The translations under genes were made by a program, and so were the position numbers. From an uncultured Gemmatimonadales bacterium (GTDB lineage: Bacteria; Gemmatimonadota; Gemmatimonadetes; Gemmatimonadales; Gemmatimonadaceae), in contig CAVPQB010000004.1 of assembly GCA_963707505.1 (NCBI GenBank), positions 1,374,272-1,438,271 on the forward strand: a DNA stretch of 64,000 bases, given 5' to 3'. Position 1 is the stretch's first letter. Every line of letters starts with the position of its first letter. Below, piece by piece: positions 44,165-53,438 of this stretch. The notes beneath the pieces were generated by a model. The model worked only from the letters and a program-made list of their open reading frames with translations, was not told the DNA's origin and did not search any database.

Positions 44165-45163
44165 CTATACCAGCGCGTCGAGCGCCGCAGCTGTCATCTC
44201 CGCGAACGTCTGCCAGTAGGCCTCCCCGGGCCGGCCGTCCGCTTGGATACGCACGCCCGCGTACGCCAGATCCTGTGCGATGTCGTCCGCCAAGGTGCGG
44301 GCCGCGCTGGCGAGCATGTAATCCGACAGCTCGTCGAGTCGTTCGTCGCCGAGCCACCGGACGAGCCGGCGCAGGGCGTGGAGGAGCCGCGGCCAATCGC
44401 GGTACTCCGGGAGTCGGGTGAGGCCGAGTAGCTGCGCCCATGTGTCGCCGTCGATGCCGTACCGGTGCTGGTTGCTGAGCGTCGAGCCGTTGATGACGCC
44501 GGCTGCGTGCAGCGAAGTCAGAGCCTCCTGGACGTTTCTCTTGGCAAAGCCCGCCGAATCGGCGACGGCCTGGGTCGAGAGCCGCGGCGCGTCGACGGTC
44601 AACAGGAATCGCACGACCTCGGCGCGAGCGCCGACGCCGAGGATCTCACGAAGCCTGAACGCGAAGTTGATCGGAGCGAGCAGGTCCGGGGCCTGCGACT
44701 TACCGCTCGGCTCGGTCTCCGGCTTCAGCCATCCGTGCTTCAGGAAGCCCGCGTCCGGCGTTCGCCGTATCGGCACGGTGGAGTCGCGGAAGAATGGCTC
44801 CCCTCGCGATGGTTCGAGCCGCGGCGCGGGCTGGTGTCCGGCGAGGCGCGGCCGCGGCCGCCAGCGCGCCACCGACGTTAGGAAGGCGTCGGCGAGCGCT
44901 TCGTCGGTCTCGTCACGGCAGAGGTTCCGCAATCGTCGGACGCTCATCAGCCGCTCGTTGCGGACCATCCAGTCCGATACCTCTTCGAACAGACGGGCGT
45001 CGTAACGGCCGACCTCGAGCGTGACCAACAACAGCGCCTCCGGGTCGGCGGCCCATTCGTCCTGTCGCCGGCTCGTCGCGAGGACCCCCATCTGAGCCCA
45101 CTGATCCCAGACGAATTCGAGCGACCGCGTCTGGACGACGTTCCTAAGCTCCGAGATCTGCAT
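44165..45163 (-). CDS. Winged-helix-containing protein, partner of the adjacent nucleotidyltransferase
   Basis: ARAEVVRFLL..STQAVADSAGFAKRNVQEAL..L..AGV; overlaps the end of the upstream gene. Confidence 0.7.
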   Translation of the reverse strand: MQISELRNVVQTRSLEFVWDQWAQMGVLATSRRQDEWAADPEALLLVTLEVGRYDARLFEEVSDWMVRNERLMSVRRLRNLCRDETDEALADAFLTSVARWRPRPRLAGHQPAPRLEPSRGEPFFRDSTVPIRRTPDAGFLKHGWLKPETEPSGKSQAPDLLAPINFAFRLREILGVGARAEVVRFLLTVDAPRLSTQAVADSAGFAKRNVQEALTSLHAAGVINGSTLSNQHRYGIDGDTWAQLLGLTRLPEYRDWPRLLHALRRLVRWLGDERLDELSDYMLASAARTLADDIAQDLAYAGVRIQADGRPGEAYWQTFAEMTAAALDALV

Positions 45164-45731
45164 CCCGAACTCCCAGGTACTTGAGCGCTTCTTCGAGCAT
45201 CTGTCGGTAACCGTCGGACGAATCGTGCGTCCTGCTCCACCGTGCCGCCTGGACGAGCTCATCGTGTGTCGGCTGGAGCGCGTGGAGGTCCTGCTCGTGC
45301 TTGCCCGGGCCCTGGTCGACGAGCGCGTAGAGCTTGAAGTGGATCTGATCCACGCGAGAGGCGAAATGGACGGTCAGCGCCTGACCGAACGTCCGCGTTT
45401 CGGCGCGATCGAGAAACCCGGCCGGCAGCCCGAAATCCATCAGGTCCGCTGGCTCAGCGTTGAGCCAGTCTGGCGGGAGCCCGAAATCACGTGCCACCCG
45501 AGCCCCCGCCGCGACCAGTCCAGGCGGTAGCGGCTTGGCCTTGGTCAGCACGCCGGCCTCCCGGAGCGCAACGACGTCGACGTCGCGCGTGGGTCGGTCG
45601 ATCAGCCCGAGCGCGAGCAGTGCCGAGCCACCGATGACAGCCAGCTCGTAGGATTCGCCCGCAGCGGCAAGCTGCTCGGCCAGCGCCCTGAGCAGCTCGT
45701 CGGCCCTGGAAGCGTTCAGGATGTCAGTCAT
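45144..45731 (-). CDS. DUF6036/AbiEii-like nucleotidyltransferase
   Basis: VIGGSAL..RPTRDVDVV, DWLN, HFKLYA..KHEQDL. Confidence 0.82.
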   Translation of the reverse strand: MTDILNASRADELLRALAEQLAAAGESYELAVIGGSALLALGLIDRPTRDVDVVALREAGVLTKAKPLPPGLVAAGARVARDFGLPPDWLNAEPADLMDFGLPAGFLDRAETRTFGQALTVHFASRVDQIHFKLYALVDQGPGKHEQDLHALQPTHDELVQAARWSRTHDSSDGYRQMLEEALKYLGVRDADLGA

Positions 45732-45927
45732 CTCAAAACGAGATGATAGTCATCGCGCTCAATGTTTTGCGAAAGCCTCCCTCACCAGCGCATCTCGGCT
45801 CGAATCGCATCCGCGGCCTCAAGGGCGCGTTCGCCCGCCGATCGACAATCGAGATAGAGCTGCACCGGATCGGCGACCTGGATCCCGTTGCGGTCGCTGG
45901 CCAGTGACAGGACGAACGGATCTCGAG

Positions 45928-46800
45928 TCAGCTGCATCGTGACCCGACCAGGCGCCGGCCTGGACGGTGATAGGCGCGAGCTCGTTCGGCCCAGAGGTCA
46001 GCATCGTCTCGCCGGATCCAGACGACCACGTCGACGGGCTCGACCGCGCGGCGGACGAACGAGGCTCCGGCCACCCCGCCGACCGCGTACGGCACGTTGA
46101 GTTTGTGAGCCGCCGCCTGGAGAGCCTTCATGGCCTCCGGCGCGTCGCGCGCGCCGATTTCCCACGTGACGCGCCGCGGCCGGCGCAGCGCGACGGCCCG
46201 CTCGAAGGCGTCGAGCAGCCGTGCAGGCTCCGGCAGCCGAGCGAGTCGCAGCCGAGCGTCCGCTGGGTCGGACCCGATCGCCACCAGGCCATCGTCCGCC
46301 AGGGCGCGCATCGTGCGCGAGACCATCGCCTCGCTCAGCTCAAGCCGGGTCGCGAGTTCACGAAACGACGGTTGGTCGTTAGCGTGGAGAAGCAGCCAGC
46401 GCGGCACGCGGCTCGCGCGGTTCGCGAACGGCGCCGCCGGCGCCGCGCCGACCGGCACGACCTTCCGTCGCGGCGGCCGCTCGACGATACACGCGGCGGT
46501 TCGTACACGAACAGCTCTCCGTCCGCCGCCGCGTAGGACGCCCTGCGCTCGCGCAAGTACGCCCGTGCCTCCGGCGACGAACGCTCGAACGCGATCATGA
46601 TCGGGCGGCGGGAACGGCGAGCCTCTTCGGCGAGATCTTCCGCCGCGGCGCGAGTCAAGACATCGACACGTCGGACCGCAAACGACCGCTACGCGTCTGC
46701 CGTCGATCGACAGCGACGCACGGGCCTTTCCAACGCTGACCTCGAACGGTTCTGGGCTGGTAGATCCTTGCAAAATAACGATGCTTGCAGTATGGGTGCA
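45928..46800 (-). pseudogene. AbiEi-like (type IV TA antitoxin) regulator, frameshifted and probably truncated
   Basis: ASRVPRWLLL..FRELATRLELSEAMVSRTMRAL, PARLLDAF, YAVGGVAGA. Confidence 0.6.
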
Positions 46801-46857
46801 AGTATCGTACAGCTGCAAGCACTCGGTCCAGCTCGCCATCGTCACCCCGTAGTTACG

Positions 46858-47166
46858 GGCTAATGCGGAGATACCGCAGGCGCTGGATCGACTCTTGGGC
46901 CAAATGCAAAAGGTGCCCCTTACTACGCATTAGGTCGGTCCAACTCCGCACTAAGTCAAGGCCGTTCGGCGCCCGGATAGTCCCGTTTTGCAGGGATTTC
47001 TATGACCTACGGCGGAGTTGGGCCCGAATCGTCCAACTCCGCTCTAAGTCGTCTTTAGGTTCGGACCCGTCGCCAGGTCGGAAACAGGCGTTTTGCAGGG
47101 ATTCCCTCGGGACCTAGCGCGGAGTAGACCCCGATTTCGCCCGGTGACTTAGGTGTGGGTACGGAC
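46858..47166. repeat. Array of seven ~20-bp boxes (consensus ~GTCYAACTCCGCNCTARGTC) in mixed orientation
   Basis: Forward copies at 46917, 46938, 47031; reverse copies at 46858, 47004, 47111, 47146; cgttttgcagggatt lies between converging pairs twice. Confidence 0.8.
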
Positions 47167-47490
47167 GTCGCGGGAATCACGCATGCCGTTCGGGACGTCG
47201 ACGGCGGCGCTGATCCCGGTCGGATCGCCGGCGGCCGGTCGTATCCTGGGACCGTGGAGATCGAGATCCGAGCCGGCTTCTGCGACCCGGACGGCGAGCT
47301 CCTCGCCGTGCTCGAGCGCTCGGGCTGGCAGCGCATAACGGCCCGGCGAAGGGGCGAGATCGCCGACGAGATCGTGCGCGTCTGCGAGGCGGCCGAGCGC
47401 GGGATCGCCGAGGCGTGGCAGAGGCGCCCCGATTCGCCGCGGTTCGTGATCGGCTACCTCCACCGTTCCCTCCCGCTGAGCGTGCGATGA
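47155..47490 (+). CDS. Hypothetical protein
   Basis: 111-aa ORF with ATGA overlap to the next gene; start uncertain. Confidence 0.5.
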   Translation: MGTDVAGITHAVRDVDGGADPGRIAGGRSYPGTVEIEIRAGFCDPDGELLAVLERSGWQRITARRRGEIADEIVRVCEAAERGIAEAWQRRPDSPRFVIGYLHRSLPLSVR

Positions 47491-47849
47491 CGACGCCCGG
47501 CTCCCCGCCGACGATGGCCCTGGCAGACCTTCTGATCGGGCTGCTGGAGCGGGTCCCGATGAGCGAGGCGCAGATCGCGCGCGCGACCCAGGCCGAGCCG
47601 GCGACGATCCGGCTGTGGCTCCAGCGCCGGAAGGCTCCCGCCGGGCTCGAGGCTCAGCGGCTGACCGAGCTCGTGGCGTTCGTCGAGGAGATGGCGCGCA
47701 ACATTCGCGGCGACGCCCTCGCCGAGTGGCTCGACTCCGACATCGACGTTCCTCAACGGTGCGAAACCCGCTCGACGAGCTCGCCGCCGGAGGCTACGAG
47801 CGGCTGATCCAGCTCGCGCTCGGATCTCACCCACGGCGTCTTCACGTAG
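47487..47849 (+). CDS. Xre-HTH + MbcA/ParS-like antitoxin (frameshifted); no RES toxin adjacent
   Basis: SEAQIARATQAEPATIRLW, AEWL..PLDELAAGGYERL. Confidence 0.65.
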
Positions 47850-47934
47850 GCACGGCGGGACTCTTCGTCGCCGGGGCAATACTTCATCGGAGCAGTACTT
47901 AACGAGAGTCGCCTCCACTTCGTCTGCTCTTGCA

Positions 47935-48141
47935 ATGACCACCGAAACCTCGATCGACGTGATGGCGGAGCTCGGCATCCTCGAGCCTCACGAGGTCGCC
48001 CAGCTGCTCAAGCTCCGCCACTCGACCGTCCTCGACCTGAGCCGCCGAGGCGTCCTGCCGGCGTTCAAGATCGGGAAGCACTGGCGCTACCGGCGAGCTG
48101 ACCTCGAGGAGTGGATGGTTCGCCGGCGCGACGCCGCGTGA
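47935..48141 (+). CDS. Excisionase-family HTH_17 protein
   Basis: EVAQLLKL..STV..RRGVLPAFKIGKHWRYRRADLEEW. Confidence 0.85.
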   Translation: MTTETSIDVMAELGILEPHEVAQLLKLRHSTVLDLSRRGVLPAFKIGKHWRYRRADLEEWMVRRRDAA

Positions 48142-48350
48142 CGTGTCCTGCAACCGCGAATCCGAAGCTATCCGGCGGGAAACCGGACAGCCGGAGCCGA
48201 CGCCACCTGGGGTCGAGCACGGGTCTCGGGCGGCTACGGATCCGAGCCGTCCGGGCGAGCGCTCCGTCGATTCCGATCGTGCGGTTCGTCGCGGAGCTCG
48301 CGATCGCGTTCGTGGCATAGGACTCGCCGGCATCGGCGCCGCCAGACGCG

Positions 48351-48453
48351 CCCTCAGTCGCCAACTCGATCGTGCCGACCGAGCGGGAGCCGACGATCGC
48401 ATCCGTGGATAGCGATCGTCCGCCGACGCCGACGCTGCGATCACGCGTAAGCA
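48351..48453 (+). repeat. ~100-bp inverted repeat, left copy
   Basis: About 9 differences in 103 positions against the reverse complement of 51653-51754; internal hairpin gacgatcgc...gcgatcgtc. Confidence 0.9.
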
Positions 48454-48654
48454 CAAGCGCTCCGAGGTCTCGGAAGGTCAACGACCGGGCGGCGATCGGT
48501 ACGGTCAGACTCCGTGGGCCTGGCTATCGCTCCGCTCAATTGGGATCGCCTCGACTAGAGGACATTTCTCGCTGAGCTTGAGCTATACCGCGATCGCTTC
48601 TTCAGCGGCCTGGTTAACACCCAGGAGGGCGCCTACATCCGCTGCTTTCAGGCG

Positions 48655-49197
48655 ATGGAGAACCGGTTAACCGCCGAGCGCGCCGAATTGACGGATAAGC
48701 TTCTGGACTTCCTCAACGCGTGGGAGTGCCGAGCCAGCCGGGAGAAAGCCGCCCCGTTGTTCCGCGATTGGATCCTCGCCCACGCCACCGAGCTCGATGG
48801 CCTGCAGGCGACCCGCATCGGCGAACCCGGCTTTCCCGAACGGCTCGATGAAGTAGTCGAGCTCTACGCGGACCTGCTCACGCTCCGAAGACCGGAGCTG
48901 ATCCACAACTGGAGTGATGCTTGCGCCTCGAAGATGCTCAACCAGCTCGCACCGGGGGCCTTCGTCATGTGGGACAACCAGATCAAGGTCTACGCCGCCG
49001 GTGACTACCGGACGTTTCTGCAGGAGATGCACCAGCTTGCCCTGCGTCTAATTGATGAATCACCAGCCGACGACGCCCGGGCTCTTGAGGAATGGCTTCA
49101 AGCTCACCTGGGATATCCCATCAGAAAGACGATTGCGAAGTATCTCGATGAGTACAACTGGCACGTCGCTGTTGGCCGCGGTTACGCGCCACGCTGA
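48655..49197 (+). CDS. Hypothetical protein, possibly HhH/DUF6308-like fold
   Basis: FLNAW, ASKMLNQLAPGAFVMWD, AKYLDEYNW. Confidence 0.5.
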   Translation: MENRLTAERAELTDKLLDFLNAWECRASREKAAPLFRDWILAHATELDGLQATRIGEPGFPERLDEVVELYADLLTLRRPELIHNWSDACASKMLNQLAPGAFVMWDNQIKVYAAGDYRTFLQEMHQLALRLIDESPADDARALEEWLQAHLGYPIRKTIAKYLDEYNWHVAVGRGYAPR

Positions 49198-49253
49198 AGT
49201 ACCGGCCTCCTGAGCGCCTCCGGCCGCACGGCTCCTTCGCGCGAAGAGCGGCG

Positions 49254-50322
49254 TCAGGTTGGGATCTTCGCTGGGTTAGTCACGATTCCGCGAAGAATTC
49301 CTTCCGCGAGTTTCTCCGGTGCCACGAGGTCAGCCCCGTTCGGAATCTTTCCAACATGCGATTTTCCGCGCAGGTCGTTGATGCGAGCAAGCTCCTTTAT
49401 GGCATCGGACCGATTGGGAAGGGCCAGCGCCTCTACGAGTGCCTCTAGCCGCTGCCGCGCCCCGGGCTTTCGCGACGTGGTCGGTGCTCCGCACACGTCG
49501 CAGAATCGTTGCTTGACCGTAATCCGGGCGTCAAACCTAGATCCGACGTTGCTCGCGAGCCGCTCCAGCGCTCCCCATCCCAGGGTAAACCGCAGCCAGT
49601 TCGCCTCGGTAGCCCTCGCTGCAGCCAGCAGCTCAAGTGGCTCTTCGATCGCGTCGTATAGCGGCGCCGGCGTAGCCGCGAGCTTCGCCGCCCACTCCTC
49701 GACATGAGCATAGGGAAACGGTTGCTTCGATCCGGACGTCACTTCGGCAGTTCCAACAAACTCGCCGAGGACGATTACTGGGGGGATGTAACGGTGCAAT
49801 CCAAAAGCTATGCGACGCGACCCGGTCCATGAGTGACTCGCCAATTTCGAGGGCCAGCCCGACCGCCAGGCGACCGAGAGCGGTGTGCAACTCCGAGCGG
49901 AGCTGCAAACCCCGCTCATGCTCAGCTGCTATGTCAGCCCAGTCATACTCGCCAACCGGTGTGCGCTGACGTATGGCAGTTGCTCGCCAACCCATAAGGA
50001 CTGCCATCGGTCGCGAGCGCCACAAGTTCTCGCGCTGGTCGCGTTCCTGTGCGGCTTGAAGGTGCTCCTTGAGTGGCTTACCTGCCCCGACTGTGCCCAT
50101 GAGGATCGCGTCGCGCAGCGCCGAATCCAGTATCCGGGCCTGGATATATGCCTCCGGGAGTTCGCCAAGCAGTGCGCGCGCTCCGTCAAGCCCTCGTCCC
50201 GGCACTTCGAAGCTGCTCGGCTCAGCGTAGGCGCGCTGGGCCTTGAAGACTTGTATTGCCACGATGCCCTCAAGATCGTGAGGTACCCCAAGTTCAGCAA
50301 GCATGAGCGAATCATTCCCCAT
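49254..50322 (-). CDS. Hypothetical protein with HEPN-like C-terminus (frameshift near 49790)
   Basis: RFTLGWGALERL, CDVC, INDLRGKSHVG (R..H spacing shorter than canonical). Confidence 0.45.
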
Positions 50323-50524
50323 GGGCTCCTCTGCTGTGCCTAAGGACCGGCCGACCCAGTGCGGCAGCGCCACGGCCCAGGCCCAGGACGTGGTCATTGC
50401 CGCTACGCGGACGGAGCTTCTGCTTCGCGCGCGAGAAGCAGCGGCCGAGCCCCGCCGGCGCCGCGCCCGTTCGTATCGCGTAGCTTCGCGAGAACCCTCA
50501 TTGTGTGTGGTCGATAATGGATCT

Positions 50525-50956
50525 GTGCCGCGTGGGGCATACAGCGAAAAGGAGAAACTCGCGGTCGAGATCGTCCGGGAGCGCGAGATCGCCCGTGGCT
50601 GGGCGCCTGGTCCTCTCCTTGGCCAGCACGCGCAGCATGAGCAGGGTTGCGACCTGCTCAGCTCGCCGCCGGACGGTGGCCTTCCTAGCGCTATCGAGGT
50701 GAAAGCTTGGGGAGAGCCGCTCCTTCGGCCAAACGGAACCTTCACTTATCCGGCTGACGTCAACGCCGAGCAGCTTGAACGCGCGAGGATTGATCCCGAC
50801 TGGCGCCTCATCATCGTGGCCAACCTTGACGCGGTACGAGCTGGGGTTGGGGAAGCCCAGCTACTCGATCTCGATTCGGCCGAGGTGACCAAGCGGGCGA
50901 TCGGATGGCGATACCGCGTTCCTCTAGGCGGTCTGGAAGACTGCATCAAGAGCTAG
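50525..50956 (+). CDS. DUF3883 (NO VEIN C-terminal)-like PD-(D/E)XK nuclease
   Basis: EKLAVEIV..E..RGW..GCDLLS..IEVKA, EQLE.AR, WRLIIV. Confidence 0.7.
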   Translation: MPRGAYSEKEKLAVEIVREREIARGWAPGPLLGQHAQHEQGCDLLSSPPDGGLPSAIEVKAWGEPLLRPNGTFTYPADVNAEQLERARIDPDWRLIIVANLDAVRAGVGEAQLLDLDSAEVTKRAIGWRYRVPLGGLEDCIKS

Positions 50957-51049
50957 CTGGGCGGCCCCTTCGTCGCGAAGCGCAATGACGTCGCAAAGCG
51001 CAACGACTCTTTCTCCGAGCCCTCACTTCGTAAGCCCACTCCACAACTC

Positions 51050-51562
51050 GTGACGCCGATGGAGGCGAGTGTCAAGTGCTGGAAGGTGGCCTATCTCCGG
51101 AGAGAGAAGACGGGCGAGATCGTCTTTACCTCGCTTGGAGCCGACGACGGTGCCCCCGATGTGTACCGAGTAGTCGCAAAGACCGAGGCTCCTGGCTTCC
51201 ACGCATATGTGGCGCGGGGCGACACATGGCAGCGGCACCCACAGCTTTCCGATGGTCGTGCCATCCAACTCGAGGTTGAACTGATGTCCCTGCAGCGGGA
51301 CAACCAGTCAACAGGAACCGTTCGAGGCCTCGAGCAGAACGTGTTATCGGTCCACGTGCCGCTGTGGTGCAGGGGCCGGGAGCCCTTGGGCGGATCGCTT
51401 GGGGCGCATCCAATTACAGATCCAAGCGCGCTTGCTCTGCGATGCTTCGATAATGGGCGGCTGCAGCCCCGGTGCCGCGACCACGCCGGCACTTCAAGGC
51501 TCAGCCTTCAATTTGCGTCCTGTCAGCTCGGGGTGCCGTTCTTCGCCCTGACCAAGCCGTAG
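51050..51562 (+). CDS. Hypothetical protein (may be frameshifted)
   Basis: 170-aa ORF with no recognisable motif. Confidence 0.35.
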   Translation: MTPMEASVKCWKVAYLRREKTGEIVFTSLGADDGAPDVYRVVAKTEAPGFHAYVARGDTWQRHPQLSDGRAIQLEVELMSLQRDNQSTGTVRGLEQNVLSVHVPLWCRGREPLGGSLGAHPITDPSALALRCFDNGRLQPRCRDHAGTSRLSLQFASCQLGVPFFALTKP

Positions 51563-51652
51563 CAACTTGATGTAGGCGTTCGTGGAGAGATCGGGCCACT
51601 GGTCGAACGTCGGTGCGTTGCGGGGAAACAGCGGGGAGCTGACCGGCGCGGC

Positions 51653-51754
51653 TGCTTCCGCGCAATAGCAGCGTCGGCGTCGGCGGACGATCGCTACCCA
51701 CGGATGCGATCGTCGGCTGCCGCTCGCTCGGCACCATCGAGTTGGCGACGAGGG
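51653..51754 (-). repeat. ~100-bp inverted repeat, right copy
   Basis: Reverse complement matches 48351-48453. Confidence 0.9.
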
Positions 51755-51956
51755 AGCACTCCGCCGAGGTCGGCGGCCGGACTGGCGCTTGGCCACGACG
51801 GCGATCGTCGGCACCGGGAGGATGACAGTTGCGGTAGGCGGCGATCTGATAGAGCAAGAACGAGGTCCGAACTCACGTGCGGGGCACCCGGCCAGCCAAC
51901 TCGGTCGTGGCGACTGCGCGCGGCTGCTCAGCGACGTCACGGGCATCCCGCGGGCG

Positions 51957-53039
51957 TTACCCGAGTAGCGCCGCGAGTTCTTGGCGGTGCTGTTCGAGGG
52001 TGTCGAAGATCATTCCGGTTCCGGCGCGTATCCAGAGGGGTCGCTCGCCGGGGGAGCGTAGATAGGCGGCGCGGGTGATCCGGTGCGTGCGGTCGGGGTC
52101 GCGTGGCCAGCGCCGCTCGACCGACAACGCGGCGAGGTCCTGGTCCCAGGTCTGGTTGCGCCGGATGATCTCGGCGAGGTGCTCGGGGCCGGCGAGGGTG
52201 GCGCGTTTGCTGTTGTTGCAGCGGTGGCAGGCGGCGACGAGGTTGTCGATGCCGTCGTCGCCGCTGTAGGTCCATGGGATGAAGTGGTCGATCTCGCGGT
52301 TGCGGCCGATCGGGGTGTGGCAGTAGAAGCAGGTGCCGCGCTGGAGGTCGAGGAGCCCTTCGGCGATCCGCTCGAGCGCGACGCGGTCGCGGCCGAAGAG
52401 GAAGTCCTCGAACTCGAGCACGCTCCGGGCGGCTTCGACGTCGGGGTTGAGTTGCGCGGCCTTGTCGGTCCACCAGCGGGTGATGAACGGCCGCAGCAGC
52501 GGTCCGAGCGCTGTCAGCGCGTCGCCGACGCCCGGGTACAGCCTGATCGCTCGCCCGGTCGTGCGATATGCGCGCACGGACCAGCCGCCGGCCTCGGCCC
52601 AGCCCCAATCGAAGCTGTAGAGGAACGGCTCGTAGGGCCGCTGCAATCGTGGGATCGGCCACTCGGCGAGCGTTTCCTCCACGCGCGTCAGGAGCTGCTC
52701 CCATCCTCGCTCGTGTCGGATCGCCGGCGGCAGCGCGCGGGCTGCCTGCGGCGTGCTGCGTCGCGGAACGCGACGATGGCCTGGACGATCGCCGCCCGAC
52801 CGGTGCTGGTCTGGCTCTGCTTGCAGCACGTGGCCGGTGGTCGGGTAGGCGAGCGTCTGCGGCCAGTACAGCTCGACGACGCGCTCGGCGAGCGCGCGCA
52901 CAGGGATCCTCTCCTGGTCGGAGTACTCCTGGGCGCGATCGATCAGCGCCAGCAGCAATGCCGGCTTGTAGGTCGTGGTCCGTGCCGACTCCTCCAGCAG
53001 CGCCAGCAGCTTCTCGCCGAGCGCCAGCGCGTCGGTCAT
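51957..53039 (-). CDS. HNH endonuclease with N-terminal TTYKPALL domain
   Basis: TTTYKPALLLAL..VELYW; CFYC..EIDHFIPW..NLVAACHRCNNSK. Confidence 0.88.
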   Translation of the reverse strand: MTDALALGEKLLALLEESARTTTYKPALLLALIDRAQEYSDQERIPVRALAERVVELYWPQTLAYPTTGHVLQAEPDQHRSGGDRPGHRRVPRRSTPQAARALPPAIRHERGWEQLLTRVEETLAEWPIPRLQRPYEPFLYSFDWGWAEAGGWSVRAYRTTGRAIRLYPGVGDALTALGPLLRPFITRWWTDKAAQLNPDVEAARSVLEFEDFLFGRDRVALERIAEGLLDLQRGTCFYCHTPIGRNREIDHFIPWTYSGDDGIDNLVAACHRCNNSKRATLAGPEHLAEIIRRNQTWDQDLAALSVERRWPRDPDRTHRITRAAYLRSPGERPLWIRAGTGMIFDTLEQHRQELAALLG

Positions 53040-53438
53040 CCGTTGGCTCCAGTAGTCCGCCCGGTCGGGGATCACGTGGCGAACGCCACCGCGCGGATCG
53101 GGGACATCGCCCAGCCGGCGCGGGATGACGTGGACGTGAGCGTGATCGACCGTCTGCCCAGCGGCGACCCCGCTGTTGACGCCCACGTTCACGCCGTCGA
53201 CCCCGTCCCGCTTCGAAAGCTCCCGACAGACCTCTCGGACTAGCGCGAATAGCTCGGCCCATTCGTCCGCCTCGAGATCTTCGACGCGCGCGAGGTGGCG
53301 GCGCGGAACCACAAGGACGTGCCCCTCCGAAACCGGGTACGCGTCCGCAAACGCGACCGCCGCCGCGCGAGCGTGGATGATCTCGTCGCCCGCAGCGACA
53401 CGATCACAGAACGGACACTTGGTCACCTGACCGGACAC
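53040..53438 (-). CDS. HIT-family nucleotide hydrolase (in frame with the HNH gene as sequenced)
   Basis: CPFC, DAYPVSEGHVLVVPRRH, AGQTVDHAHVHVIPR, GGVRHVIP. Confidence 0.92.

Noticed and set aside
46858..47166. CRISPR array
   Set aside because: Boxes alternate orientation, spacing is irregular, spacers share a motif, and no cas genes are present
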